This document shows positions 31,987 through 42,949 of a DNA stretch of 64,000 bases, piece by piece. The notes under the pieces are model-generated. The model was not told the DNA's origin, did not search any database, and worked only from the letters and a program-made list of their open reading frames with translations. Each line of letters begins with the position of its first letter. The first letter of the stretch is position 1. Origin of the DNA: Spirochaetia bacterium (GTDB lineage Bacteria; Spirochaetota; Spirochaetia; UBA9216). The stretch spans positions 1,952,001 to 2,016,000 of the forward strand of contig CAXXYH010000003.1 of the NCBI GenBank assembly GCA_963677925.2, read 5' to 3'. The translations under genes were made by a program, and so were the position numbers.

Positions 31987-32796
31987 TCAACGTCCAGGTG
32001 AACCTCGCTCTACAATCTTGAGTTTAGCATAACCTTCTGTAAGCTGCATAGCGACAGCCCGTGCCACACTTCTGAGATCTTCAACAATAACACCTTCTCC
32101 GTCAAACACTGCAATAAAATCATCACCCAGGGAACCGAATTCTTCAATATTCATATTAAGTGTAAATTGATAACTGGACTCCTCAGAATAATCATTAAAG
32201 CTCAAACTTCCGTAGCTGTATCCTGTTGAAATTTTATCGACATCTAGCTCGGAATAATCCCATTGAGGCGCAGAGCTCTGCTCACCCCAGTCGTATTCTT
32301 TCTCGAAGATATACCCCTCGCAATCTTCATTCACAGAATCGACCTCTATTCCCGGAACCCCTTCGCCCCAGGCCTCATTATCATCAGTGTCTCTACTGTC
32401 GGAAAAGCCGTACAGGAGGGTAACCTCTGTTCCGTCAAAAAGATATCTGATACCGTAGGCTACAGTAACAGTTACAGTCCAGGTCACAGCATCCCCATTC
32501 TCTGCTGTAACTGTATATTCAGCCGCAACTCCGTCTTCAATAGAATCTGGAACGCTTAAGACCGCAAGCTCAGAAACTGTAATTTCAGGCTCAAAGTCAG
32601 ACAGGTCAATTGGTTTTACTGTTACTTCAAGAGTCCTTGCTTCAATATCAATTACCGGGTCACCAATAATATAGTCGGAAGCATAATCCAGAATTACAGC
32701 CTCTGATGACCCGAACATGCTCGTAAACACATCACATCCTGAAAATAGAGCCAGCATCGAAATAATCATTAAAACTAACATTACTTGTTTTCTCAT
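31987..32796 (-). CDS. Acidic lipoprotein of unknown function, tandem paralog B
   Basis: Lipobox FSGC; N-terminal half nearly identical to paralog A. Confidence 0.75.
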   Translation of the reverse strand: MRKQVMLVLMIISMLALFSGCDVFTSMFGSSEAVILDYASDYIIGDPVIDIEARTLEVTVKPIDLSDFEPEITVSELAVLSVPDSIEDGVAAEYTVTAENGDAVTWTVTVTVAYGIRYLFDGTEVTLLYGFSDSRDTDDNEAWGEGVPGIEVDSVNEDCEGYIFEKEYDWGEQSSAPQWDYSELDVDKISTGYSYGSLSFNDYSEESSYQFTLNMNIEEFGSLGDDFIAVFDGEGVIVEDLRSVARAVAMQLTEGYAKLKIVERGSPGR

Positions 32797-32927
32797 ATAT
32801 TTTTTCTCCTATTTGCAGGAGCTATATTATCAGCTGAAAAACTCAGTTTCAATTGAAACATTATAAATTTTTTAATGCCTGTGATATAATCAGAAACCTA
32901 AAATTCAACTTAAGACAGGGAGCGTCT

Positions 32928-34058
32928 ATGAAAGCCTACAGAAGCAGAATTGAAAAATTATGTGATTGGATGGAAAAGGAAAATATTGATGCGGTTTTAA
33001 TCGAAGATGCCGAAAACCGGCGTTCAAAGAATCTCCAATACCTTTCCGGGATGGATTCAGACGCGCTTCTTATAATATTTTCCGATGCCAGCACTGTACT
33101 CGTCCCCTGGGATATCATAATGGCCGAGAAAACTGCCGCTGCAGATAAAATAATACCCTATGCCGAGTTTGAGCGGAATGCCGTAAAAGCTTTAAAATCC
33201 ATCTGCAGCAGTAAACTTGACAGCGGCAGAATAGAACTTTCCTCACGCACTCCGTATCTGCTCTATACTGAAATTACAGCAGAACTGCAGGGATTTGAGA
33301 TTGTCTGCCGGAACGATGGTGTGTCTGAAAAACTGCTTGAAATGAGATCGATAAAGGATGAGGCAGAGATTGCTCTATACCGCAAAGCAGGCGTTATGAC
33401 TAATAAACTGATAGAGGCCCTGGAAGCCGGATTCAGCAGCGGAAGTATCAAAACCGAAATCGATGCAGCCATGCTGATAGAAGCAGAATCCCGAAGGCTT
33501 GGAGCCGAGGGCCCGTCGTTTGAAACACTTGCGGCAGGACCAACCCGCTCCTGGGGGATACACTGCATTCCCGCCTACAGTGCCGGGCCCATAGGCGGAA
33601 CACTCAAAAACGGAGGCGGTCTGTCGATCATAGACTGCGGTCTGAAACTTGACGGCTACGCCACTGATATAACAATGACGGTCTGCAGAGGAACACTGTC
33701 TGAAAAACAGGAACAGATGGTAGAGCTTGTAAAAGAAGCTCACAGCATAGCCTTTAAGACGGCCGAACCGGGAATCTCGGCAGCCGGCATTGCCGAAGCC
33801 GTTGACTGCTTTTTTTCGACGAACGGATGGACTATGCCCCACAGCCTGGGACATGGAATAGGACTGGATGTTCACGAAGCACCGATTCTGAAAAATCATC
33901 CGCTGTACAACCGGCCTATGCTGCCTGGAATGATATTCACAATCGAACCGGGACTGTATGACTCCGAAGCCGGCGGAGTACGCTATGAAGATGATTTTAT
34001 CATTACTGAAACCGGAGTGGAAAAACTCACCTCGTCCCGTATCCTGAGGCTCCCGTAG
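32928..34058 (+). CDS. Xaa-Pro peptidase (M24B family)
   Basis: Start MKAYRSR after GGGAG; IIDCG...GYATDIT, HSLGHGIGLDVHE, TIEPG, GVRYEDD. Confidence 0.92.
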   Translation: MKAYRSRIEKLCDWMEKENIDAVLIEDAENRRSKNLQYLSGMDSDALLIIFSDASTVLVPWDIIMAEKTAAADKIIPYAEFERNAVKALKSICSSKLDSGRIELSSRTPYLLYTEITAELQGFEIVCRNDGVSEKLLEMRSIKDEAEIALYRKAGVMTNKLIEALEAGFSSGSIKTEIDAAMLIEAESRRLGAEGPSFETLAAGPTRSWGIHCIPAYSAGPIGGTLKNGGGLSIIDCGLKLDGYATDITMTVCRGTLSEKQEQMVELVKEAHSIAFKTAEPGISAAGIAEAVDCFFSTNGWTMPHSLGHGIGLDVHEAPILKNHPLYNRPMLPGMIFTIEPGLYDSEAGGVRYEDDFIITETGVEKLTSSRILRLP

Positions 34059-34812
34059 AAACATTTTTCCAGATCCAGTAATTCTCATTAAAAAATACTG
34101 AAATAACTTCATCCTCCGAGAAGAAGCGATACGTCAGTCCGCTGTAAAGCCTTACCTGCAGTTCTCCATCATCAGCAATTATTTCAGGCACAAATGGATT
34201 ATCGCAGTGCCAGGTTCCGCTTGACGCCGGTATACTGAAATCAGCAGTTTCCCTGGATTTTACAGAACTCTCCCTGAACAGTCCGTAGCCCAGCCTGCTT
34301 TTGATTTTAAGGGGGTCAGCAAACCAGGGATCATAATTGTACTCTTCCGCAGATTTTTCCATTATCACATCCCTGAGCATAACCGCATTGAAGCCCTCAA
34401 ACAGTTCTCCCTGCAGAGCAAAATCATGGATTATTTCTGCAGCCGGACCGGATTCCCAGAACAGAACCAGACTGCCGGTATAGTCATCGGGAAAAAGACC
34501 TCCGGCCGGAAAACTGCTGCAGGTACTGTCTGAATACACGGGATAGACAAGTACCGGAAGATTCACCCCCTTGCTCATTTTTATAACCGGAGGTTCTTCC
34601 CCAGTCCAGGAATCTATAATCAGTTCTGCAAAACAGCAGCCTTCATCCGATACAGAATCCGGGTAAATTATGCGCCAGCTTTCACATCCCGGGAACTGCC
34701 GGCTATCCGGAAATTCAGGAATTACCAGTTCCACTGATATGCTGTCTGAAAAAAATGAGCATGAGCTGAACATCAACAGCGAGAATGTAATCAGTATTTT
34801 TTCAGGAGTCAC
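34027..34812 (-). CDS. Hypothetical lipoprotein
   Basis: 261-aa ORF, lipobox FSSC, last gene of a minus-strand run. Confidence 0.6.
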   Translation of the reverse strand: MTPEKILITFSLLMFSSCSFFSDSISVELVIPEFPDSRQFPGCESWRIIYPDSVSDEGCCFAELIIDSWTGEEPPVIKMSKGVNLPVLVYPVYSDSTCSSFPAGGLFPDDYTGSLVLFWESGPAAEIIHDFALQGELFEGFNAVMLRDVIMEKSAEEYNYDPWFADPLKIKSRLGYGLFRESSVKSRETADFSIPASSGTWHCDNPFVPEIIADDGELQVRLYSGLTYRFFSEDEVISVFFNENYWIWKNVSTGASGYGTR

Positions 34813-34832
34813 ATAGAAGTGAAAACAGCCGT

Positions 34833-35366
34833 CTATTTATGCTGCTTCAATTTCTGCCGGTAATTGTCACGGATCTCTTTGAGAATCGCTTTATACTCTT
34901 CACTCTGATAATCAGGGTAGGTCCATGGAAGCGCGTGGTAATCCTTTTTCATGTAAATGAGGGTAACTTCACCGTAGATTCCCTGTGTAAGCGGAATCCT
35001 GTGACCGACATTCTTGGTTGTCGCGAGTATGAGGCGGTTGAGATCAAGCAGCCCCGGATCGAGGTTGATACTGCGGTTTCCGGATTCCGGGGCATATTTC
35101 ATTTCTATTTTATTTGTCAGGATTTTAATCGGTCCAAGCCTGTCCGGCTGAACCAGTTCACGGAAGGAATAGAACCAGCGTTTGAGGCCGATCCCCATCT
35201 CGGGAGTATAATATTCGGTATAGTTGAAATCAAGGACAGGGCTTTCATAGTCCACCGGCCCGAAATGAGATTCAAGCTCGGTTACTATATCCTTTGAAGC
35301 ACCGGGATCTGCAGAAAGAACTCCGACAATCAGTGTTTCAGGTGAAAAATCAGCAGTAAGTCCCAT
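34833..35366 (-). CDS. DUF4416-like protein
   Basis: YY..EMG..L.R, NLDPG, LATTKN..HRI, GIY.E.TL, PWTYPDY. Confidence 0.8.
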   Translation of the reverse strand: MGLTADFSPETLIVGVLSADPGASKDIVTELESHFGPVDYESPVLDFNYTEYYTPEMGIGLKRWFYSFRELVQPDRLGPIKILTNKIEMKYAPESGNRSINLDPGLLDLNRLILATTKNVGHRIPLTQGIYGEVTLIYMKKDYHALPWTYPDYQSEEYKAILKEIRDNYRQKLKQHK

Positions 35367-35379
35367 TTAAAATCTCCGA

Positions 35380-37278
35380 TCAGATTCCGGCTTTATATAT
35401 ACCCAGAATCCTGAAATCATCGGCAACATTTGTAATTTCCGCTACTGAAGCCTTGAATGCTTCAGGTGACGAAACTTCCAAATCCACGTAGAACATATAT
35501 TCCCAGGGTTTACCGTGAATGGGCCGTGACTCAAGTTTCTTCATATTAAGCCCCTGCTTGTCAAATAGCTGCAGGACTTTTACAAGGCTTCCTTTTTCAT
35601 CCTTAACAGAGAAAACAACCGTAGCCTTGTCACAGTCAACAGGCAGAGGGTGCTCCGACCTGGAGATTATGAAAAACCTGGTATAATTTACCGAATTGGT
35701 TTCAATACCGTCTCTGAGAATTTCCATCTTGTACACAGAAGCAGCCCTGGCCCCCGCTATAGCAGCAATATCAGTCGATTTCTGCTCAGCAACATAGGCA
35801 ACCGCGCCTGCAGTGTCGTAATAGGGAATCCTTTCAGCACTGAGTGTATCGAGATACTTTGAACACTGCAGCAGCCCCTGCGGGTGTGAATAAATTCTCT
35901 TTAGTTTAGAGATGTCAGTACCGGGCAGACCGATGAGGTTATGCTGGATTCTTATCTGCTTCTCCCCGACAATCTTCAGATCCGGGAACCTGAGGAAGAG
36001 GTCATAGCACTCATGAATGGAGCCTGTGAGCGCGTTCTCGATAGGGATTACCCCGTAGTCACTCTCTCCTTTGAAGACAGACTGGAAGGCATCCTCAAAG
36101 CGCTTACCGGGAAAGAATTCAATCTCTGCATTCTGAAAATGCTTCTCGGCGGCGGATTCGCTGTAGGCGCCGGGTTCTCCCTGGTATGAAACCTTCAGCT
36201 TTCCGCTTGTCGTAACAGCCTTCTCTCCAGAAGAACGGTAGATGTTGAAGCTTTTCTTAAGCGGTCTTGATATTTCCTTTCCGATAACCGGTCCAAGCGC
36301 CTCGATGTCGCGCATCAGCTTTTCAAACTGCGCGGGATACAGACTCTGCGGTCCGTCGGAAAGTGCCTGTTCAGGGTGAGGATGAACCTCAATCATCAGT
36401 CCGTCGGCTCCGGCGGCGACTGATGCCAGCGCCATCGGAGACACCTTACCTCGTATACCGGTACCATGGCTGGGGTCGCAGATAACCGGAAGATGACTTA
36501 GTTTCTTTATTATTGGAATAGCGGAGATATCAAGGGTATTCCTTGTGTATGTTTCAAAGGTACGGATACCGCGTTCACAGAAGATAACGCTGTCAGTACC
36601 GTGTGCAAGCAGATATTCAGCAGCCATCAGCCATTCTTCAATGGTTGCGGACAGGCCGCGCTTAAGTATTACAGGTTTACCGAGCTCTCCAACCGATTTC
36701 AGAAGCTCAAAGTTCTGCATATTACGTGCGCCTATCTGATAGATATCAACGTAATCACGCATAATATCAATATATGAAGGTGATACAATTTCGGTAGCTA
36801 TCGGCATGCCGTAGCGTTCACCTGCAGCCTTCATCCATTTAAGCCCTTTTTCACCATGCCCCTGGAAGGAGTATGGTGAGGTTCTGGGTTTAAATGCACC
36901 TCCGCGGAGAATGACGGCACCTGCTTCATACAGAGCTGCGGCAGCTTCTTCAATCTGCTCTTCGGATTCTACAGCACATGGGCCGGCAATAACTGCAACC
37001 CGGGGTCCGCCGATCAGTACTCCGCCGGCGTCAATAATAGTGTCCTCTTTTTTAAGCTCACGTGACGCCAGTTTATAGGGTTTTGATATTGGAATTACGG
37101 ACTTTACGCCCTCAAGAAGTTCAACGGCTCTGGGATCGATTGAGATCGATCCGACGGCTCCAAGGACAGTTTCCTCTTCCCCGACAATTTCCTTTACTTT
37201 AAATCCCCGGGTTTCCAGGAAGGATGAAATTTTATACTTCTGCTCTTCGGTAATATCTCTGTTTAGTATTATAATCAT
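35380..37278 (-). CDS. aroF-pheA: Fused DAHP synthase (type I-beta) / prephenate dehydratase
   Basis: [38 protein letters not shown]; then [29 protein letters not shown] (ACT). Confidence 0.92.
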   Translation of the reverse strand: MIIILNRDITEEQKYKISSFLETRGFKVKEIVGEEETVLGAVGSISIDPRAVELLEGVKSVIPISKPYKLASRELKKEDTIIDAGGVLIGGPRVAVIAGPCAVESEEQIEEAAAALYEAGAVILRGGAFKPRTSPYSFQGHGEKGLKWMKAAGERYGMPIATEIVSPSYIDIMRDYVDIYQIGARNMQNFELLKSVGELGKPVILKRGLSATIEEWLMAAEYLLAHGTDSVIFCERGIRTFETYTRNTLDISAIPIIKKLSHLPVICDPSHGTGIRGKVSPMALASVAAGADGLMIEVHPHPEQALSDGPQSLYPAQFEKLMRDIEALGPVIGKEISRPLKKSFNIYRSSGEKAVTTSGKLKVSYQGEPGAYSESAAEKHFQNAEIEFFPGKRFEDAFQSVFKGESDYGVIPIENALTGSIHECYDLFLRFPDLKIVGEKQIRIQHNLIGLPGTDISKLKRIYSHPQGLLQCSKYLDTLSAERIPYYDTAGAVAYVAEQKSTDIAAIAGARAASVYKMEILRDGIETNSVNYTRFFIISRSEHPLPVDCDKATVVFSVKDEKGSLVKVLQLFDKQGLNMKKLESRPIHGKPWEYMFYVDLEVSSPEAFKASVAEITNVADDFRILGIYKAGI

Positions 37279-37287
37279 GGTAAAACT

Positions 37288-38151
37288 CTATTTGAGAGCC
37301 TTACGGGTGTCAACTACCGGAATCAAATTCTTTTCAGCCTTTTTATCAGTTCTTATCTTTCCGGACCTTGAAATATATCTTTCGAAGTTACGTTCAAGCT
37401 CAGTACGGTAATTGAGAATCCTCGATATATGCTCTAGCGTCATCAGGGGTGCTCCTGCACCGCTTACCCGGTTATGGCCGGCATTGTAAATTGCGAGTGC
37501 AACTATTTCATTTTCACCCTGCTTTAAACAGTAGCTGAGGTATGACAGTCCGACCGCCGCGTTGGTCTGAATATTGAAGAAGTCGGCTGTTCTGAGCTCC
37601 GGAAAAGATTTAGAGTTAAGCTGAAAGAGCCCGCGGTCGATGCTCGAGGCATTGCGGTTGACCGCCTCGGGGTTAAATCCGCTTTCCGCCCACATCAGCG
37701 AAAAGGCAAGGGTGAAGGATATGCCGTTTTTATAGGCGTTTTCAATAACAGCTGAGGCTATTTCGGAGGAACCGGTGATTCCAGTATAGAAACTGTATAT
37801 TTCGGATCTGAATGAAGGATCCCTGTAAAGGGCATATCCCATATCTTCGTTATCTGAAAGAACTATTGTAGCTGCAAAACTTTCGGGTGAATAAAGGTCA
37901 AGTTCCTTGATTTCGGAGAAAACCTGATAATCTCCGATAAGCTCAGCCTCCCCGAGCCATGAAACATGCTCTGATAATGCCGAATCGGTGCCGGCATTGA
38001 AAAGGGAAAGAACTGAGAAGATGATTACGGCACAGAAAACTGTCCGTATTTTTTTGAAAGAGAGGCGCAAAAAATGTCTCCTTATATTTAAACCGGCTGA
38101 GGACTCAGCCGGATTCTGTCGACCTTGTGTTATAGAGAAGAATTTGCACAA
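37288..38151 (-). CDS. Lytic transglycosylase SLT-domain protein (start uncertain)
   Basis: WAESGFNPEA.N.N...DRGLFQLN, ALAIYNAG. Confidence 0.85.
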   Translation of the reverse strand: MCKFFSITQGRQNPAESSAGLNIRRHFLRLSFKKIRTVFCAVIIFSVLSLFNAGTDSALSEHVSWLGEAELIGDYQVFSEIKELDLYSPESFAATIVLSDNEDMGYALYRDPSFRSEIYSFYTGITGSSEIASAVIENAYKNGISFTLAFSLMWAESGFNPEAVNRNASSIDRGLFQLNSKSFPELRTADFFNIQTNAAVGLSYLSYCLKQGENEIVALAIYNAGHNRVSGAGAPLMTLEHISRILNYRTELERNFERYISRSGKIRTDKKAEKNLIPVVDTRKALK

Positions 38152-38197
38152 ATATCAGCAAAAAATCAAGTTCAGGATCAGCGATCCGGGTGAATTT

Positions 38198-39157
38198 CTA
38201 TGCCTGAAAAAGGATTGGTACAATAACCGGAACAAGAAGTGAGAGTATTGCCCCGCTGGCAACCGAAAGCGGAACCTTGGCTGGTCCGCAGCATTTTTCT
38301 ATAAGAGGGAGGGTAACATCCATACTGGTAGCACCTGCAATCCCGATGGCAACATCCTTAAACCTGGTCCGTCCGATGAAGGGAATGGTTATCAGGGCTA
38401 TGGTCTCTCTAAGTATATTGGAAAGAAAGGCGACTGAACCAAGATAGGGATCACCCATATCGGTGATAAGCACTCCGGATAACGAATACCAGCCGAAACC
38501 GGAAACTACAGCCGCGGCGTTTCTGACGGGTACGCTGAACAGAACTGCCGGCAGAAGACTTCCGGCAATTGTACCAGCTACAACAAGAACCGGAAGAATA
38601 AGAGCCTGAAAGCCTGAAAGCGATTCTTTAAGGCTGACTCCATTTTTTACGAGGTCTATTCCGATGGTAAACAGCAGAAATCTCAGCATCCATGTAGAAA
38701 CATCCTCACCTGTGAACCCAGGAATATGGATAAGACTTCCTGAAATAAAACCGACAATGACGGCCGCCAGCAGTCTGAGCGGATCTTTAAGGCTGGAAAG
38801 CCTGAAGCCCCCGGACTGCCGTTCAGAAGGAGAATTCCTGCAGCTCTCATCCTGCCCGCCAGCCGGGACTGCTGCCTTTGTAAAACGGAAGCGCACTGCA
38901 TAGTAAAAATAAAGAACAGCAGCGGTTCCGGCAGCTGCTGCAATCGCAAAGACTACCGACATTACACCGATATTAACTATTTGAGCAGGATCAGTGACTG
39001 AAGAGATCCTGAAGCCCATAAAAAACAGCAGAAGATACAGCAATACTGCTGAAATTTTTCCTATCAGAGAAGATTTTCTGACAGCAGGAAGCAATGCGGA
39101 AAGCATTCCTGCAGCAATGAAGACCAATAGTGATAAAAGAGATAAAACAGCAGACAT
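38198..39157 (-). CDS. Lysine exporter LysO/YbjE family
   Basis: LLLFFMG, SGFGWYSLSG, NILRE, GATSMDVTLP. Confidence 0.88.
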   Translation of the reverse strand: MSAVLSLLSLLVFIAAGMLSALLPAVRKSSLIGKISAVLLYLLLFFMGFRISSVTDPAQIVNIGVMSVVFAIAAAAGTAAVLYFYYAVRFRFTKAAVPAGGQDESCRNSPSERQSGGFRLSSLKDPLRLLAAVIVGFISGSLIHIPGFTGEDVSTWMLRFLLFTIGIDLVKNGVSLKESLSGFQALILPVLVVAGTIAGSLLPAVLFSVPVRNAAAVVSGFGWYSLSGVLITDMGDPYLGSVAFLSNILRETIALITIPFIGRTRFKDVAIGIAGATSMDVTLPLIEKCCGPAKVPLSVASGAILSLLVPVIVPILFQA

Positions 39158-39241
39158 ATGCCATATTGATACTGTATGAAATTAATAATATCAATATGAT
39201 TCAGCACTTTAATTGACTTTTACGGGTATTTTGATATTCTT

Positions 39242-39985
39242 ATGATCGAAATGGCGGAATATAGAATCCGGATAAAGGATGCCAGCAAACACTTCGGCGA
39301 TATTCAGGCTCTGAAAAACGCAAACCTAAATGTCAGGCCCGGAGAAGTCGTACTGGTAATCGGCCCCTCAGGAAGCGGTAAAAGCACAATGCTTCGATGT
39401 GTGAACCGCCTTGAGAACCTTACCTCCGGTGAAATATGGGTTGATGACGACTGCGTTACTGATCCTAAATCCGATATACGGAAAATCAGAGAAGAAGTCG
39501 GAATGGTTTTCCAGAACTTCAATCTTTTCAGCCACATAACGGCACTTGAAAACATATCCCTTGCACTCAAAACCGTTAAAAAACTGCCTAAAAACGAGGC
39601 GGAGGAAACTGCACGCAAGTTTCTTGCACGGGTAGGACTGGCCGAAAAGGAAAACGCATACCCGCAGCAGCTCTCCGGCGGTCAGCAGCAGCGTGTGGCC
39701 ATAGCCAGGGCACTGGCAATGAATCCAAGAGTCATGCTTTTTGATGAACCTACCAGTGCACTTGATCCTGAAATGATTAAAGAAGTACTCGATGTTATGC
39801 TGGACCTTGCAAAAGAAGGAATGACCATGATGGTTGTTTCACATGAGATGGGATTTGCAAGGGCAGCGGCAGATCGGGTTGTTTTTATGGACGATGGAGA
39901 GATCATTGAAACAGGGTCACCTGAACAGGTCTTCGACTCGCCCGCTGAGGAAAGAACAAAAACCTTTCTCAGACACATCCTGTAA
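39242..39985 (+). CDS. Polar amino acid ABC transporter ATP-binding protein (GlnQ-like)
   Basis: [43 protein letters not shown]. Confidence 0.93.
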   Translation: MIEMAEYRIRIKDASKHFGDIQALKNANLNVRPGEVVLVIGPSGSGKSTMLRCVNRLENLTSGEIWVDDDCVTDPKSDIRKIREEVGMVFQNFNLFSHITALENISLALKTVKKLPKNEAEETARKFLARVGLAEKENAYPQQLSGGQQQRVAIARALAMNPRVMLFDEPTSALDPEMIKEVLDVMLDLAKEGMTMMVVSHEMGFARAAADRVVFMDDGEIIETGSPEQVFDSPAEERTKTFLRHIL

Positions 39986-40006
39986 ACTAAAAAGAGAAAG
40001 GCTGAT

Positions 40007-41608
40007 ATGACCAGACGTCTGTACCTGTTAATAATGCTTATAATACTTCCCCTTTCTGCAATGGCGGAAGAAACCGGAATAACCGTAAGCTATGCATCCT
40101 CCGAATACGGACTGGATCCTGCGCATGCATTTACAACCACCGAGGCTCAGCTCTTCACAGCTGTTTACGAAGGACTGGTAAGCTACCATCCGCTCACACT
40201 GGAGCCAGTAGCCGCTGCTGCCGAGCGCTGGGTTGTTTCTCCTGACGGAAAAACCTACACATTCTTCCTGCGTCCAGAAGGACACTTCTGGAACGGTGAT
40301 CCGGTAAAAGCTACAAACTTCTCAGAGGCATGGTTCCGGCTGCTTTCTCCGGATGAGAATGCGGAGTACTCGTTTCTGCTGGATATAATTGAAGGCGCCC
40401 TTGACTACCGGACAGGGAAAACAGATGACCGGAGCACGGTCGGTATAAAGGCAATATCCGACTATATGCTTGAAGTGAAACTGAGGGAGCCGGCGGAATA
40501 CTTTTTAAAGATTCTCTGCCACCACAGTTTTTCCCCGGTTCATCCCCTGAACCTCGAAAACGGAAAATGGAAGTCAGGCCCATCCGCACTCGGAAACGGC
40601 CCGTTTTACATAACAAAGGCCGACAAGTCGCAGATTACACTGAAAAAGAACATCCTGTACTGGGACCAGAATAATATTGAAACTGATAAAATTAATATCG
40701 TATTTATTAATGACCCCCAGCTGGCAGCAGAACGCTTCAATAACGGAGAAATACAGTGGGCTCCGGATGGAGTATACCTTTCGATGGTGGAAGACAGCGA
40801 CAAGCTTGTTTCCAATCCGCTGTTTGCCACATCCTATTTCTTTTTTAATACTTCCAATGAAGCGCTAAAAAACGGCGATGTCAGAAGGGCGCTTGCTCTT
40901 ATTCTGCCTTGGAACGAAATACGAAATTCAAACAACTACTTTCTGCCTACAGCCACGCTGATTCCGGCAATTCCCGGATATCCCGCCGTAGAGGGCATTG
41001 ATAAAAGGGATTTTAAAGATGCGCTTCAGCTTCTTCATTCAGCAGGATACACAAAGGGAAGCGGAATTGGAAATATTGTAATCAGGGTTCCCAACGGCAA
41101 TCTTCCGTCATATATCGGTCAGATTATGAAGGAAACCTGGGAGAAATATCTTGATGTTACAGTTCAGATCGAAGTCCGCCCCTACCCCGACTACTACAGC
41201 GCGCTGAAACTAAACGACTATTCACTTGGAACAACAACATGGATCGGCGACTTTGCAGACCCTCTTACTTTTCTGCAGATGTGGACAAGCAACAGCAATC
41301 TTAACGATTCAAATTTTGCAGATCCGGATTATGACGGGCTGATAGCAAGGGCGGAAACTGAAGCTCCTGCACAGAGATATAAAACCCTTGCCGAAGCGGA
41401 ATCAATACTGCTCGAAACAGCCCTGGTACTACCGCTTGAAAACTACCCGGCCTTCAACCTTGTCGATCTTGACAGTCTTGAGGGTTGGTATCCGAATGTT
41501 CTGGACATTCATCCGTTCAGGTATTTCAGGCTAAAGGAGCCTCAGATGCCGGAAGGAGTTGTTGACAGCACAAAATCAAAAGATGCTGTACGTTTTGTAT
41601 CTTTTTAA
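40007..41608 (+). CDS. Peptide ABC transporter substrate-binding protein (OppA-like)
   Basis: LDP, YEGL, S.DGKTYTF.LR, NGPF, VRRAL, WIGDFADP.TFL. Confidence 0.9.
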   Translation: MTRRLYLLIMLIILPLSAMAEETGITVSYASSEYGLDPAHAFTTTEAQLFTAVYEGLVSYHPLTLEPVAAAAERWVVSPDGKTYTFFLRPEGHFWNGDPVKATNFSEAWFRLLSPDENAEYSFLLDIIEGALDYRTGKTDDRSTVGIKAISDYMLEVKLREPAEYFLKILCHHSFSPVHPLNLENGKWKSGPSALGNGPFYITKADKSQITLKKNILYWDQNNIETDKINIVFINDPQLAAERFNNGEIQWAPDGVYLSMVEDSDKLVSNPLFATSYFFFNTSNEALKNGDVRRALALILPWNEIRNSNNYFLPTATLIPAIPGYPAVEGIDKRDFKDALQLLHSAGYTKGSGIGNIVIRVPNGNLPSYIGQIMKETWEKYLDVTVQIEVRPYPDYYSALKLNDYSLGTTTWIGDFADPLTFLQMWTSNSNLNDSNFADPDYDGLIARAETEAPAQRYKTLAEAESILLETALVLPLENYPAFNLVDLDSLEGWYPNVLDIHPFRYFRLKEPQMPEGVVDSTKSKDAVRFVSF

Positions 41609-41651
41609 TACGGATATAAATGATCGTTAATACCAAGATCAGGTACAGATA

Positions 41652-41680
41652 TTTACTCTCACAGACTTTTCAGGTATAAT
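41652..41680 (+). promoter_or_regulatory. Sigma70-type promoter of carD-ispD-ispF-nth
   Basis: TTTACT-17-TATAAT, 7 nt before ATG 41688. Confidence 0.6.
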
Positions 41681-41687
41681 AAAGGAT

Positions 41688-42200
41688 ATGGCCAAAACAG
41701 ATAGCAATGCAACGACCTTCAAGGTCAATCAGGAAGTAGTATACCCGCTTCAGGGTGTCGGAAAGATCATAAGTATTGAAACTAAAAAGTTCAAAAACAA
41801 CGATGTGCTTTACTACATCATCTATCTTGAAGTGTCTGACATGACAATAATGGTTCCGACCGACAAGGCTGAGGAACTCGGAATAAGGGCAATCGTCGAC
41901 AAGGAAGAATCCAAGAAAGCGCTTAAACTCATCTCTGAAGAGTATGAACCGGTTACAGCAGACTGGAAAATGCGCTATCAGATGAACCTTGACCTGCTAA
42001 AAAGCGGCAGCGTAACCGACATCGCCACTGTTGTCAGGACCCTCTATCACCGGAGTAAAGTCAAGGAACTTCCGATTCTTGAAAGAAAACTCTTCGATAA
42101 CGCACTCAAACTGCTTGTTGATGAAATTTCTTTTTCCCTTGGAAAAACCAAGCCGGAAGTTGAACAGCTTATCTTCAGCAAACTCGAAATAGAGGAATGA
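41688..42200 (+). CDS. carD: CarD family transcription factor
   Basis: VVYPLQGVG.I, IMVP...GIR, W..RY; upstream of ispD-ispF. Confidence 0.9.
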   Translation: MAKTDSNATTFKVNQEVVYPLQGVGKIISIETKKFKNNDVLYYIIYLEVSDMTIMVPTDKAEELGIRAIVDKEESKKALKLISEEYEPVTADWKMRYQMNLDLLKSGSVTDIATVVRTLYHRSKVKELPILERKLFDNALKLLVDEISFSLGKTKPEVEQLIFSKLEIEE

Positions 42201-42949
42201 GCCGAATTCCGGAAGATTTCCCGCCTGCAGCTTTTATTATCACTGCTGCGGGCAGCGGCACCCGCATGGGCGGAAGAGTTAAAAAAGAATTTCTTCCGCT
42301 TAACGGCTCCACCGTCCTTGCTAATTCAGTCTCGACATTTTTATCTACCGGACTCTTCAGCTATGGACTCATTACCTATGCCGAAGGAACTCTGGAAAAA
42401 ACGAGGGAAGCACTCGAGCCTGCATCAGACTTACTTAATAAGCTCAAACATAAACTAATCTACTGTGAAGGCGGCGGAGAACGTCAGGCGTCTGTATTCA
42501 ACGGACTGAAGGCCCTACTTGATGAAGGTTTTGACTCAGATAAAGGAATCATCCTTATCCATGACGGAGCCAGACCCTGGATAAGCGCTGATACAGTAGT
42601 CAAAGTCACCGAAGGAGCCATCAAATACGGCGCCTGTGCACCGGTCATCCCTTCCATAGATGCGATGAAGCAGATTAATCATGACGGCTTTATTGAACAT
42701 CATCTTCGAAGACAGGAAACAGTCGGTATACAGACACCGCAGGGCTTTAATTTCGGTCAGATTGTCTCTGCCCATTCAAAAGCTGAAAACGATGGTTTCA
42801 GCTATATTGACGACACGGAAATATACGACAGGTATCAGTCCCGGGTTTTTACAGTGGACGGAGACTTAAGCAACAGAAAAATAACCTATATGTCGGATAT
42901 TGAGGTAACAGATGAGAATAGGACAGGGCTGGGATTTACACAGACTTGA
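42197..42949 (+). CDS. ispD: 2-C-methyl-D-erythritol 4-phosphate cytidylyltransferase
   Basis: AAGSGTRMG, RQASV.NGL, IHDGARP, QTPQGF, N.KIT. Confidence 0.93.
   Translation: MSRIPEDFPPAAFIITAAGSGTRMGGRVKKEFLPLNGSTVLANSVSTFLSTGLFSYGLITYAEGTLEKTREALEPASDLLNKLKHKLIYCEGGGERQASVFNGLKALLDEGFDSDKGIILIHDGARPWISADTVVKVTEGAIKYGACAPVIPSIDAMKQINHDGFIEHHLRRQETVGIQTPQGFNFGQIVSAHSKAENDGFSYIDDTEIYDRYQSRVFTVDGDLSNRKITYMSDIEVTDENRTGLGFTQT

Noticed and set aside
31137-32796. Diversity-generating retroelement template/variable pair
   Set aside because: No reverse transcriptase in the window; identical blocks are N-terminal, both copies are in full ORFs, and differences are not adenine-specific.
33375-34112. Long alternative ORFs (also 11299-11874, 22418-23038, 27144-27752, 50264-51010)
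   Set aside because: Antisense to well-supported genes, with no recognisable motifs.
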